Below, piece after piece: positions 1 to 15,000 of a stretch of DNA of 64,000 nucleotides. A program made the translations under genes and the position numbers. Position 1 is the first letter of the stretch; every line of letters begins with the position of its first letter. Below the pieces are notes generated by a model. That model was not told where the DNA came from and searched no databases. It worked only from the letters and a program-made list of their open reading frames with translations. The stretch is from Bugula neritina (taxonomy: Eukaryota; Animalia; Bryozoa): contig OZ037773.1 of the NCBI GenBank assembly GCA_964035545.1, forward strand, positions 6,167,751 through 6,231,750, read 5' to 3'.

Positions 1-3000
1 CTTCAGCTACGCATCCGTAAACCCACCACAACTTTCTCTCTTTCTTCAGCCAATGAGATCTCAAGGTTGTGAATAGTTTCGTCCTTCTCAACCAGCGTGT
101 GTCTCAGTTCGGAGTACTCACTTTGCAGCTGATCACTAAGAGAAACCGTGTTATTCAGTACATCTATTTTATTCTGGAGATCCTGAAAATAAATTAATCA
201 ATTAATAAATATCAATTGATTTCTAAACGAGTAACGATGCAAAAAGCAAAATGAACCATTATGTGTCACCTACTAGTTACTAAAATAATCAATAAGTCAT
301 TATATGACTCACTCACTGATTACCTAACTGATTAATTCACTGATTAACTTAGTCACTTACTCACTGACTAACTCACTCACTCACTCACTCACTCACTCGC
401 TCACTCACTCGCTCACTCACTCGTTACTCACTAAACCAATCACATGCAGGGTTGGGGTCAATTACATATGAATGTAATTAATTACAATTACATGAGAATT
501 TGTCAATTACAATTACAATTATAATTACAGTTGAAATAAATGTAATTAATTACAATTACTTTTGTTCTCACAAGAGACAAATAAAAGTTATATAATCTCA
601 CTTCTGAGGTTCAACTATCAGGGGCAATTTTGACAACTGAAAACCTTCTTTGTTCTTAACAGTAACCAATATGGTGGTAAATATGGCATTAAACTATTCT
701 GAACTTATATTAAACAGTAGGCAAGGCAGGAAAAATATGAATGTTATAAGATTTAAAAATTTGAAGTAATTATTATGTAATTATAAAGTAATTGTGAAAT
801 TTAATTACATAAGCAATCTAATTAATTACAATTACAATTTTATACATCAATTACAAATTGCATTCAATTACTTGAGAAAATGTAATTAATTACAACCAAT
901 TACAATTAAAAATTACAATTAACCCAACCCTGATCACATGGCCAGGAAGGTTATCAACTTACATCATTGGTCTCTTTCAAAGCTTGATTACACGCTTTCA
1001 GTTCGTGTATCTTTGATGACTTTTTATCCAAGTCTGACTCAAGTAAAGTGACAGAAAGACTAGCTTCTTCCGCTTTCTTCAAGCTCTCCGACATGTTCCA
1101 ATTCTTCTTCCTCAAATCCTGTCAAGCAGTAATAATCTCAAAACTAAGCTGTAACCCAGCAATCTTGAAGCTACTATTGAGGAGGACACTTGAACAACTA
1201 GAAAACCAGTTTATTGGAAAAGCAGATGTACCTCCAGGGTTAGTGATTCACAAAGCAACTATGGTGTAGATGATAAAGTAGACACAGCAAGCTGAATTAC
1301 AGAGAGAGGAGTGTCACTATATTATTAATAAAAAAACTGCATGCTTTATTTAAAATGGGATTCATACTTGAATGTATTTTTACAGATTAATAACTTCCTT
1401 GTAAATAAATCCACTAAAAATATTGTTTACTTTGAGATTCGTTGAGAAAATGAATTTTTTGCGGCCAAGCTTTGCAATCATCTAAAGATATGTATATAAA
1501 TTAAATTAACAAAATTAACTGAGAAGATGTATATTTTTTAAAAATATATTTAGGAGTTCAAGCATTTCCGAATCATTTGTCATTGGAAGATTCGCTGTAC
1601 AGCAGAGCTAATGGAGTTGTACAAAAGAGATATACAGAAGAGATATACAGAAGAGCTGTACAGAAGAGATATACAGAAGAGATATACAGAAGAGATATAC
1701 AGAAGAGATATACAGGAGAGATATACAGGAGAGATTTACAGAAGAGATATACAGGAGAGATACACAGAAGAGATATGCAGAAGAGCTATGCAGAAGAGAT
1801 ATACAGAAGAGATATACAGAAGAGATATACAGAAGAGATATACAGAAGAGATATACAGGAGAGATATACAGAAGAGATATACAGGAGAGATTTACAGAAG
1901 AGATATACAGGAGAGATACACAGAAGAGATATGCAGAAGAGCTATGCAGAAGAGATATACAGAAGAGACATACAGAAGAGATATACAGAAGAGATATACA
2001 GAAGAGATATACAGAAGAGATATACAGGAGAGATATACAGGAGAGATATACAGAAGAGATACACAGAAGAGCTATACAGAAGAGATATACAGGAGAGATA
2101 TACAGGAGAGATATACAGAAGAGATACACAGAAGAGCTATACAGAAGAGATATACAGGAGAGATATACAGAAGAGATATACAGAAGAGATATACAGGAGA
2201 GATATACAGGAGAGATATACAGGAGAGATATACAGAAGAGATATACAGAAGAGATATACAGAAGAGATATACAGGAGATATATACAGGAGAGATATACAG
2301 AAGAGATATACAGGAGAGATATACAGAAGAGATATACAGGAGAGATATACAGAAGAGATATACAGAAGAGATATACAGAAGAGACATACAGAAGAGATAT
2401 GCAGATTCCACTCACGTTGTTCTTATCCCTGAGAGTGTCCACATCTGATTGTAGCCTAAGTATCTCATGCTCAAGCTGAGACGTATCATCTCCGGGCTGA
2501 TGGGTGCCATTTTCTACCACTACAAGCAGAAATGGAAAGAGATGACAACTAAAACGTTGCTAAATAAAATTATAAATATATTTCATTAGTGTAATGCTGC
2601 AGCACACAACACTCTAGGGGTTACATGCTTACTGTGGCAACTACTAAACATATATATACTTTAGTAAAGAAGAGAAAACTCCAAATAATCAAATAGGAAG
2701 CCACCCTGAGAGTGTGATTTATGACATAGCAACTAGTGCCAATGAAGTGTAAACATACTTTATTTAATAAAATTCAAGTCATGCATTACATCAACTAAAT
2801 AGAACTCCAATATACCAACAGCTATTGCTTCTATAAAATATGACAATTCCAGCCCAACTAGAGGTGAAATATTAACCTATAACTAACTGGTTTGCAATAC
2901 ATAATTCTTTACCTGTGGCATCTTTAATTTGACTGTTTGTTGCCATGGCTTGCTCCAATTCATCTTTTGCGAGAGCTAATTTTACCTGCAAATTGTCATT

Positions 3001-6000
3001 CTCAGACTGCTTGCAGCTAACCTCTTTCTGTAGCTCATTCAAAGTTTTTTCTCTTCAAATACAGAATAGAATACTCTACACCACACACACCAGTTTAGTA
3101 GTAAATATTTCATCTAGGCTTACGTGACAAATTGCTCAAACTAGTGTATTTATATATAACTAATGGACAGAGAACTGTGCCAGCAGATTTGACAACTTAC
3201 AGCTGCTCTATCTTAGAGTTGTCTGCCCGAGAGGTACTAGAGATTGTATCAGCTGTAGACTGTTTAGCTGCCAGGATCTCCGAGTGCAGCTCCTGCAACA
3301 GCCAATAGCAACAAAATGAGAAAATTTCCCTCTTTGAACTGCTAAGTTTATACCTGAAAATGATGAGTTGTTCAAGGTATGTCAGAAGTCAAGCTAAGCA
3401 AACAAGGTGTACCAATTATGAAAAGATGACTCCAAAACTTGGCATTCAGTTTGTCTGTGAATAAACTGTATGTCACCCCATGAAATGCATCATGGTCTTA
3501 AAACAAAGTTCTTAATAAATACCGCATATCCAGATTCTTTCTACATCATGGAAAACACTAATGAGTGAGACTGATGGGGCAATACTACAAGTTATTTTTT
3601 AACTGAAACATGAAATGACATTAGCGACCCTCCCACCTTGATCTCCAAGTCCTTAGACCTGAGGTGGTCCTGGACGTTGTGTAAATCGGTTTCGGCAGCG
3701 TGAGCTCTGGTCTGCATGTCGGTGAGCTGCTTCTCTAGCCTGGTGTGCTGGAATGAGAGATCGTCTGCCCGGGCCACCAGCTCAACGCAACGCATGTTCT
3801 CTTGACGGTAGGATTCGTTGGCGCTAAAAAATAATGTATACATATAAACATAACTGTTGTGTTATATCACTGAGGTATTAAATGACATCACTGAGGCACT
3901 AGATGACATCACTAAGGTATTAGATGACATCACTGAGATACTAGATGACATCACTAAGGTATTAGATGACATTACTGAGGTACTAGATGACATCACTAAG
4001 GTATTAGATGACATCACTGAGATACTAGATGACATCACTAAGGTATTAGATGACATCATTGAGATACTAGATGACATCACTAAGGTATTAGATGACATCA
4101 CTGAGATACTAGATGACATCACTGAGGCACTAGATGACATCATTGAGGTACTAGATGACATCATTGAGGTAATAGATGACATCACTGAGGCATTAGATGA
4201 CATCATTGAGGTATTAGATGACATCATAAAATAATACCGAACGTCACACTTGATATTGTCATGTCTTTAAATTATAAAATAAGATGTATAAAATATAAAG
4301 ACAAGCTAAATTATATTGAAATAAACATAAGGCATCATAAAAACATTTGATATGACCTATCATCTTAATGCTACATGGTTGTAATACTAGTATAAATAAT
4401 CAATAGAGATATAATATAATTAGGCTACAGGGCAGTAAGAAAACTACATGCCAGTGTTAATCTACTAAAATTTCTTCTAGTGCTGTAGTAACCCAAGGCA
4501 TAGGCTGTCAGCACAACATTGATACTGTTCACTTTAAACACTACACTACTGAGTACTCTAACTTCTACCAGTTTGTGTAACTAATCTCCACCTACTGCAC
4601 TGACTTCTCTAGTGCTGAACCAGCGCAGTTGAGGAAAAAATATTACGCCTATATAAGATAAAGTGTTGGTGATTATGTTGTGTCGTTGGCTCTGATTGGC
4701 TGGCATTACGGTTCTTGGTGTTACAATGCAAATAATAGTAAAAATAATAACACTAATAATGATATTTAAATCATCACACATAAAATCATAATAAATAGAC
4801 CGGTTATATAAAAATATAAGGAATATCAACTATATCACTAGTTATTGATTATAAAAGCTGGGACAAGAGACAAGCTGGGTTAATTTAAAGTTCAAAGTGA
4901 CTTTCAATCTTTGAGAGACAGTATTTCTAATACTTATTTTAATTTAGCAGTATAAATAGAAATAATCAATTGACAGCTTTAGTATTAGTTTTTACCATAA
5001 AAATAACTATTCCAATACAGTTAGAAGCTGCTTAACTATGCATAAAACAGCCATTAAATACTCAAATTTGATATCATAATAGGAGATCATTTAAAAACTT
5101 TGTTTACTTACAGCAGAGTTCAAATATTGATGACAATAAGCTATCTATCTGTTCACTTATATTATAGCCTCAACCTGCTATACTCAACAGTAAAATAAAC
5201 ACCTGTTCAGCCTCAGGGTGAGTTCTTGACATTTAGCCTCAGACTTAACTACATGTTTCTGTTGATCCTTGAGCTCCGTCTCCAACGCCCTCAACTGATT
5301 CCTCATCTGGGCCACCTCGTCCGTGTTGGGGAGGGCCTGGCGCAAGCTCTGGTTCTCCTACAGACAGACACAACAGTCAAAGTTCAAAACAAACTCGACG
5401 CCTGCAAATGATTTCCATTTGAAACCGTATCAAGATTTTTCTCCCCATAAGAACCTAGCAAATCAAGACACGCTTGTCATTGAAAGAAACCGGGAAACAT
5501 TCTCAGGAGATGTTAGCTATGGTGCAAAATCGAAAGAGGGCGAGTCCTTTGCATTACAGCCCCTCCCTTAACATTTAAATTAAAATTTAGAAATGAACTG
5601 CAGTCATTTCCTATCTTATTAATTACCTAATTATGAGCAAATTATATTATTACTCGCTCTATCTATCCTAAATCTAAACAGCCAATCAGAATACATCTCT
5701 TAACCAAATCAACTAATCATCTTATCCATTAGAAAACTATTGTCAACTATTAAGTGGAGCTACTTAATGTCTCCTTACCAAACTGATTCTTTTTACTTTC
5801 TATCAACATGATCTACCAATCATGCTACCTTTTATATATGTTTCGGCCAATCAGCTCACCTCTCTCAGTTGCTGCATGTGCTGCTGCATACGCTGCATAT
5901 CTTGATACCTGGCCTGCTGTATCCCCTGCACCTCTGCTCTGTGCTGATCATGACTCTGTGCAAGTCTCATCTACAGTACAGGGTATTATTGGTAATATTA

Positions 6001-9000
6001 TTACTGACATACAGCGTATTATTGGTAATATTATTACTAACATACAGGGTATTATTATCAATATAAACAGTATATTATTACTAATATACAGTGTATTATT
6101 GGTAGGGGAAGCCGGGGTAATTTGAGCCATGGGGCAATTTGAGCTAGGGCATATTTTAGAAAAACTGTTCAATATACAGCATTGTCTTTTTATGTACACA
6201 GGTACACTCACAAATGTGGCATATTTTTTCCTGTTCATCATTTCTAAGCTGCATGGTAAGTAAAATATTTCACATTTACCTGTTTGTTTAACAAAACGTA
6301 AATTTGATGGTCTGCATGTCAAGTTATATTGCTTTACTCCAAATTGAGAAAACCTCGTCAAAGTTTTTGCATTTTATTAGGATGATGCTAGCTACAGTTA
6401 CATGTTAAAAAGGAAAGCCTACGTTTAATTTTTACTCCAGCATTAAGATTTTTCTTCAGCATGGCACCTTGGGGTAATTTGAGCCATTCAGTTTGGGGCA
6501 AATTGAGCCTCAACTCAAATACACCATGACTAAGTTATTACAGCATAAATAGTTTTTGTAGTTAAAAACAGTTCTGTAGCTATAACAAAACAGTTTACTA
6601 CACTCAGTGTGCATATATAATGTTGTTGCAAGTTTGCTACCTTACCTGTTTTGTGTTGTAGCTGATACATATACAAACTGCCACGCAAGTACACACCCAA
6701 AACCAATCAATTGAGCTTACTTACAGGAGATAAATTAAAGAAAGCTGCTTGTATGATTGCTGGGGAAAAGAGCAGTATAAGACATGCAGCAGAAACCTAT
6801 GGAGTGGACAGAATGACTCTGAAGTGTTATTTTGATAAGTTGAAGTTAGGATATGAAATCACCAGTGCTGCAAAGAGAGTGTTCACTATTGAGGAAGAGA
6901 AACTAATGGTCGACTATCAGAGTTTTGGATGCAAAGAAGCGACAAAGTTGTAAAACTTCAAAAAAGGCTCCTGTTAGAAAGAATCTTAATGGTTTTACTA
7001 GAGAGTAGACTTTGGCCTGGCCTCATTGGCTGTTGTGAAAATTTGTCACAATTTGACACTAATTTACGGTCGCATCTGCAACAGTAGATGTATGTTAATC
7101 TTTGAAATAAATGTAATACTACTATTGTCAATAAAAAACTTGATTAAAACATAACTGTGTGTGTTAAGTTGGCTATTCGCACCAAAATAGCCCACGGCTC
7201 AAATTACCCCCAATAGGGGGTAATTTGAGCCGCACAATATGGTGTTATTATTATGGGCTTAAATTTTTTTTCGTGCTGTAATCCAAAAGTTTTTTAAGTG
7301 TTTACAATAGCAAACATGTACATTTGTATGTGTAGCGAATGTTAGTGCTCAATCCACAGTATTTTGTTTGACACCTGGAAAAAGGTGAAAATCGGCTCAA
7401 ATTACCCCGGCTTCCCCTAATATTATTACTAACATACAGGGTATTATTGGTAATATTATTACTAACATACAGGGTATTATTACTAATGCACTGCGTATTA
7501 TTACTAATATCTAGTGTACAATATATCATTATGATGATTATACAAAATATTATCGGTCTTCTCACATAAACTACTTTCTAGTGTATAATTAAATTGTTGA
7601 ATTGAGCACATAATGCTGTACTAGTTTAATTTAAACTCCAGCACTCTTCAGAGTAAAGTCGGCATACATTTTGTAAGAAGAAAAATTGTAAAGAAACAAT
7701 AAACAATACTTGAATTCAACCTTTTAATGTTATTGCACATACAAATTATCCTCACTGAATATAATGTAATTATTTGTAGCTATGAATAGTATAATTTCGT
7801 ATTGCCTATATAAACTTGCATGCTGCTTAAAAACAGAAAAATTCTTGTTGGGGGAGAACCTACCTGCAAATCTTGGAGTTGTGAGTTCGCTGTTTTATGA
7901 CTACGCTCCATACAGACTAGCTTATTGCTGGAATCCCTGAGCTGATCGCCTGTCCACTTGTGTTCGGATTTTTCCCTGTCCAACGCAGTCTGCAGAGTTG
8001 TCACTTTTTCTGTCAGTTCCACCAGCCTTTCCTAACAGAAGATTAAGTTACCGGGGTTAAGGCTAAGATGAGTGTAACTTGGCAAACTAATATTTCTTCA
8101 TATTCCCTAGTTTACAAGCTTCCATTATGCGAATAGATTTTTCATTTTCATTTTCAAACAGTTGCATTAAATGAAAGCACAACCAATAAACTAATGCAAA
8201 CAGCAACGACAAATTCACAATTCGAAGCCATGGAAAGCAGAAATTGTAATATCTGCCCAATACAAGTATAAGTTGAAGGGTTGCACTGTATAGCTAAAGT
8301 CATGGAATCAAAATCTGTGACAGATAATGAACCAACAGCACTATACATCATAATGCAGCACTTAGCAAAAAAATGCAGCCCTTCCCACCCCCTCCCCCAT
8401 ATCTCACGGCTCCAGTTCTCGCAAAATTCGATAGGTTACGAGAAGGGCTTGGACCCTCATTATATGGCTTATGCATGTGTGTATATGGACAAAATGACCG
8501 ATTTTAAAGGATCCGTGAGTTAAATCTGGCATTCTATTATGTCACGAATTGGGGTTTCGAGACTTGGTGAGATACGGAGGGAGCAACATATATTGTATTA
8601 TGTAATATAACTAATAAAGCATAAACTAGCACCTTCTTATCCCAAACATCAGGGCAGTGTTTAGCAACCAACTCATTCACCAATTGCTGCATTTCCTCTT
8701 TCCTCAACTCTAATTGGCTGAGACTGCTGATGACGGCATCCACACTGGGTACATGCTGTGAGTCATCCATACTAGCTGCCGGTTTAGATTTGGATTTTCG
8801 ATTGCTGCCTTTAGACGATGTCTAAAACACGAATGCTCAACAATGGCTCTTTGTTCAGTAACCCCCCCCCCCCTTGTGCAGCACCTATAACAAGGACAAG
8901 TGAGAACTTCAACCAACAGGTAGTACTTCTGTCTGTAACTTGTGTTATGTAAAAGCTGCATCCAGCGTTTACAACGTATCACTGTGATTAGGTATTTACA

Positions 9001-12000
9001 GGCAGCAGTTAAGCTAACTGTGTGAAGGCAGCAGTTTAACTGAGTCTGTGTAAAGGCAGCAGTTTAGCTGACTGCGTGTAGGCAGATACAGGATGTGCTA
9101 ATACTATGAAACAGGCCTATCCTGCTATATGATGAGATAGTATCCGGACACAACTATTGGCATACTATACTATACTATTGGTATACTATACTATACTATT
9201 GGTATACTATACTATACTATTGGCATACTATACTATACTATTGGTATACTATACTATACTATTGGTATACTATACTATACTATTGGCATACTATACTATA
9301 CTATTGGCATACTATACTATACTATTGGTACACTATACTATACTATTGGTATACTATACTCTACTATTGGTATACTATACTATACTATTGGTATACTATA
9401 CTCTACTATTGGTATACTATGCTATACTATTGGTATACTATGCTATACTATTGGTATACTATACTATACTATTGGTATACTATACTCTACTATTGGTATA
9501 CTATACTATACTATTGGTATACTATACTATACTATTGGTATACTATACTATACTATTGGCATACTATACTATACTATTGGTACACTATACTATACTATTG
9601 GTATACTATACTCTACTATTGGTATACTATACTATACTATTGGTATACTATACTCTACTATTGGTATACTATGCTATACTATTGGTATACTATGCTATAC
9701 TATTGGTATACTATACTATACTATTGGTATACTATACTCTACTATTGGTATACTATACTCTACTATTGGTATACTATACTCTACTATTGGTATACTATAC
9801 TCTACTATTGGTATTCTATACTCTACTATTGGTATACTATGCTATACTATTGGTATACTATGCTATACTACTGGTATACTATACTATACTATTGGTATAC
9901 TATACTCTACTATTGGTATACTATACTATACTCTACTATTGGTATACTATACTATACTATTGGTATACTATGCTATACTATTGGTATACTATACTCTACT
10001 ATTGGTATACTATCCTATTGGTATACTATACTCTACTATTGGTATACTATACTCTACTAATGGTATACTATACTATACTACTGGCATCACTCAGTAATTA
10101 TTATAATTCCAGAGTTGAAGCTGTTTTTATCCATTTGACTAGTGCTGAGTTACTCTCTGATTAGAAAGAAGAAACTTACTACTCAATACTCGCACATGTT
10201 CACACGACATAAACAAATGAGAAGACAACTCATGAACTTCCTATAGCCTAGATTGTTCAAAGCTGAAATTCGTCACTAACCAAGTGCTATATGACATACC
10301 TTCGCCTGAGATGAGTCCTGATTGGCTGACAATGTAGCAGCTGATTCCACACTGAGAGAGAGGGCGGGTACTACAACCTCTTCAACTACTTCATCTGTAC
10401 TCACTGAAGAATCCTGGCCTACAGTAGACTCGGTAGGAACTGCTGACACAGCACTTTTCTGTGGCTATAAATACAGCATATACAGTAGTATTACAATACA
10501 TTACAGTATATCATATTATACAGTATTACAGTACAGTACAGTATATCATAGTATACAGTATTACAATACAGTACATCATAGTATACAGTATTACAATACA
10601 GTATATCATAGTATACAGTATTACAATGCAGTATATCATAGTATACAGTATTACAATACAGTATATCATAGTATACAGTATTACAATACAGTATATCATA
10701 GTATACAGTATTACAATACAGTATATCATAGTATACAGTATTACAATACAGTATATCATAGTATACAGTATTACAATACAGTATATCATAGTATACAGTA
10801 TTACAATACAGTACATCATAGTATACAGTATTACAATACAGTATATCATAGTATACAGTATTACAATGCAGTATATCATAGTATACAGTATTACAATACA
10901 GTATATCATAGTATACAGTATTACAGTACAGTATATCATAGTATACAGTATTACAGTACAGTACAGTATATCATAGTATACAGTATTACAATACAGCATA
11001 TCATAGTATACAGTATTACAATACAGTATATCATAGTATACAGTATTACAATACAGTATATCATAGTATACAGTATTACAATACAGTATATCATAGTATA
11101 CAGTATTACAATACAGTATATCATAGTATAATAGTACAATATATTACAATACAGTATATCATAGTATACAGTATTACAATACAATATATCATAGTATACA
11201 GTATTACAATACAGTATATCATAGTATACAGTATTACAGTACAGTATATCATAGTATACAGTAATACAGTACAGTATATCATAGTATACAGTATTACAAT
11301 ACAGTATATCATAGTATACAGTATTACAATACAGTATATCATAGTATAATAGTACAATATATTACAATACAATATATCATAGTATACAGTATTACAATAC
11401 AGTATATCATAGTATACAGTATTACAGTACAGTATATCATAGTATACAGTATTACAATACAGTATATCATAGTATACAGTATTACAATACAATATATCAT
11501 AGTATACAGTATTACAATACAGTATATCATAGTATACAGTATTACAGTACAGTATATCATAGTATACAGTAATACAGTACAGTATATCATAGTATACAGT
11601 ATTACAATACAGTATATCATAGTATACAGTATTACAATACAGTATATCATAGTATAATAGTACAATATATTACAATACAATATATCATAGTATACAGTAT
11701 TACAATACAGTATATCATAGTATACAGTATTACAGTACAGTATATCATAGTATACAGTATTACAATACAGTATATCATAGTATACAGTATTACAATACAG
11801 TATATCATAGTATACAGTATTACAATACAGTATATCATAGTATACAGTATTGCAATACAGTATATCATAGTATACAGTATTACAATGCAGTATATCATAG
11901 TATACAGTATTACAGTACAGTATATCATAGTATACAGTAGTATTACAATACAATACAGTATATCATAGTATACAGTATTACAATACAGTATATCATAGTA

Positions 12001-15000
12001 TACAGTATTACAATACAGTATATCATAGTATAATAGTACAATATATTACAATACAATATATCATAGTATACAGTATTACAGTACAGTATATCATAGTATA
12101 CTGTATTACAATACAATACAGTATATCATAGTATACAGTATTACAATACAGTATATCATAGTATACAGTATTACAATACAGTATATCATAGTATACAGTA
12201 TTACAATACAGTATATCATAGTATAATAGTACAATATATTACAATACAATATATCATAGTATACATTAGTAAAATACGATACAATACAGTATATCATAGT
12301 ATACAGTATTACAATACAGTATATCATAGTATAATAGTACAATATATTACAATACAATATATCATAGTATACAGTATTACAATACAGTATATCATAGTAT
12401 ACAGTATTACAGTACAGTATATCATAGTATACAGTATTACAATACAGTATATCATAGTATATAGTATTACAATACAGTATATCATAGTATACAGTATTAC
12501 AATACAGTATATCATAGTATAATAGTACAATATATTACAATACAATATATCATAGTATACAGTATTACAGTACAGTATATCATAGTATACTGTATTACAA
12601 TACAGTATATCATAGTATACAGTATTACAATACAGTATATCATAGTATAATAGTACAATATATTACAATACAATATATCATAGTATACAGTATTACAGTA
12701 CAGTATATCATAGTATACTGTATTACAATACAATACAGTATATCATAGTATACAGTATTACAATACAGTATATCATAGTATACAGTATTACAATACAGTA
12801 TATCATAGTATACAGTATTACAATACAGTATATCATAGTATAATAGTACAATATATTACAATACAATATATCATAGTATACATTAGTAAAATACGATACA
12901 ATACAGTATATCATAGTATACAGTATTACAATACAGTATATCATAGTATAATAGTACAATATATTACAATACAATATATCATAGTATACAGTATTACAAT
13001 ACAGTATATCATAGTATACAGTATTACAGTACAGTATATCATAGTATACAGTATTACAATACAGTATATCATAGTATATAGTATTACAATACAGTATATC
13101 ATAGTATACAGTATTACAATACAGTATATCATAGTATAATAGTACAATATATTACAATACAATATATCATAGTATACAGTATTACAGTACAGTATATCAT
13201 AGTATACTGTATTACAATACAGTACATCATAGTATACAGTATTACAATACAATATATCATAGTATACAGTATTACAATACAGTATATCATAGTATACAGT
13301 ATTACAGTACAGTATATCATAGTATACAGTATTACAATACAGTATATCATAGTATACAGTATTACAATACAGTATATCATAGTATACAGTATTACAATAC
13401 AGTATATCATAGTATACAGTATTACAATACAGTATATCATAGTATAATAGTACAATATATTACAATACAATATATCATAGTATACATTAGTAAAATACGA
13501 TACAATACAGTATATCATAGTATACAGTATTACAATGCAGTATATCATAGTATACAGTATTACAGTACAGTATATCATAGTATACAGTAATACAGTACAG
13601 TATATCATAGTATACAGTAATACAGTACAGTATATCATAGTATACAGTATTACAATACAGTATATCATAGTATACAGTATTACAATACAGTATATCATAG
13701 TATAATAGTACAATATATTACAATACAATATATCATAGTATACAGTATTACAGTACAGTATATCATAGTATACAGTATTACAGTACAGTATATCATAGTA
13801 TACAGTATTACAATACAGTATATCATAGTATACAGTATTACAATACAGTATATCATAGTATACAGTATTACAATACAGTATATCATAGTATACAGTATTA
13901 CAATACAGTATATCATAGTATAATAGTACAATATATTACAATACAATATATCATAGTATACAGTATTACAGTACAGTATATCATAGTATACAGTATTACA
14001 GTACAGTATATCATAGTATACAGTAGTATTACAATACAATACAGTATATCATAGTATACAGTATTACAATACAGTATATCATAGTATAATAGTACAATAT
14101 ATTACAATACAATATATCATAGTATACAGTATTACAGTACAGTATATCATAGTATACAGTATTACAGTACAGTATATCATAGTATACAGTAGTATTACAA
14201 TACAATACAGTATATCATAGTATACAGTATTACAATACAGTATATCATAGTATACAGTATTACAATACAGTATATCATTGTATACAGTATTACAATACAG
14301 TATATCATAGTATAATAGTACAATATATTACAATACAATATATCATAGTATACATTAGTAAAATACGATACAATACAGTATATCATAGTAATAGTACAAT
14401 ATAATACACTATACTCTATAGTTAATGCTCACAATAGTATAAACTTCCTACCAGCCACAACAAATCTGCACACATTACCTGCTGTGTGTATACAGAAAGC
14501 TTGCTTTTCTACTCACCTTTCCATCTCCCACAAAATTAAAATTTTAGACTAATTTAAGAATTCTTTTGGTTTTGAGTGTCAAGTAAGTTAGTCCATAAAT
14601 TTAAATTTTGGCAAACCTGATCAAACATTTTATTTCTATTCAATAGAAACATCAAAAGCATAAAAGGAAATTTTATAGAAACAAGTATTTAATAAAATAA
14701 TCTCCAGTCACTCTACACTACAAAAACTGAGTTATATATATTCGAAAATAAAGGCAACCATGTCTATTAAGCATAAGCTACTGTTCAAGTGACACTAGAG
14801 TGCTGTGAGAACTAAGTCTATGTCAAGGTCAACTCACCCCTGCCTGCTGACCCGAGTGTTTACGATGCTTTGTATCCACTCCGTCTACCAACTCGCTGTC
14901 GACAGCAGAACTGACCTCTACAGTCTCATCCAACTGAACTTCATCTTTCACAGCAGGAATGGTTTTAGAGGTCTTGCGTTTTCTCGACTACAATATGAAC

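Larger units (their letters stand above)
5975..7510. repeat. 33-bp minisatellite (GGTATTATTGGTAATATTATTACTAACATACAG) interrupted by a transposon
   Basis: Units at 5975-6104 resume in register at 7418-7510. Confidence 0.85.

Noticed and set aside
1577-2520. Long overlapping ORFs (EEIYRRDIQKRYT repeats)
   Set aside because: Translation of a 13-bp intronic minisatellite; only 2416-2519 (minus) is a real exon
3857-4234. ORF of perfect heptads (DDITEVL)n resembling a coiled coil
   Set aside because: 21-bp tandem repeat antisense to the host gene; no supporting splice sites; the host frame is complete without it
9157-14386. Many Tyr/Ile/Cys-rich ORFs
   Set aside because: Products of 21-bp and 30-bp satellites
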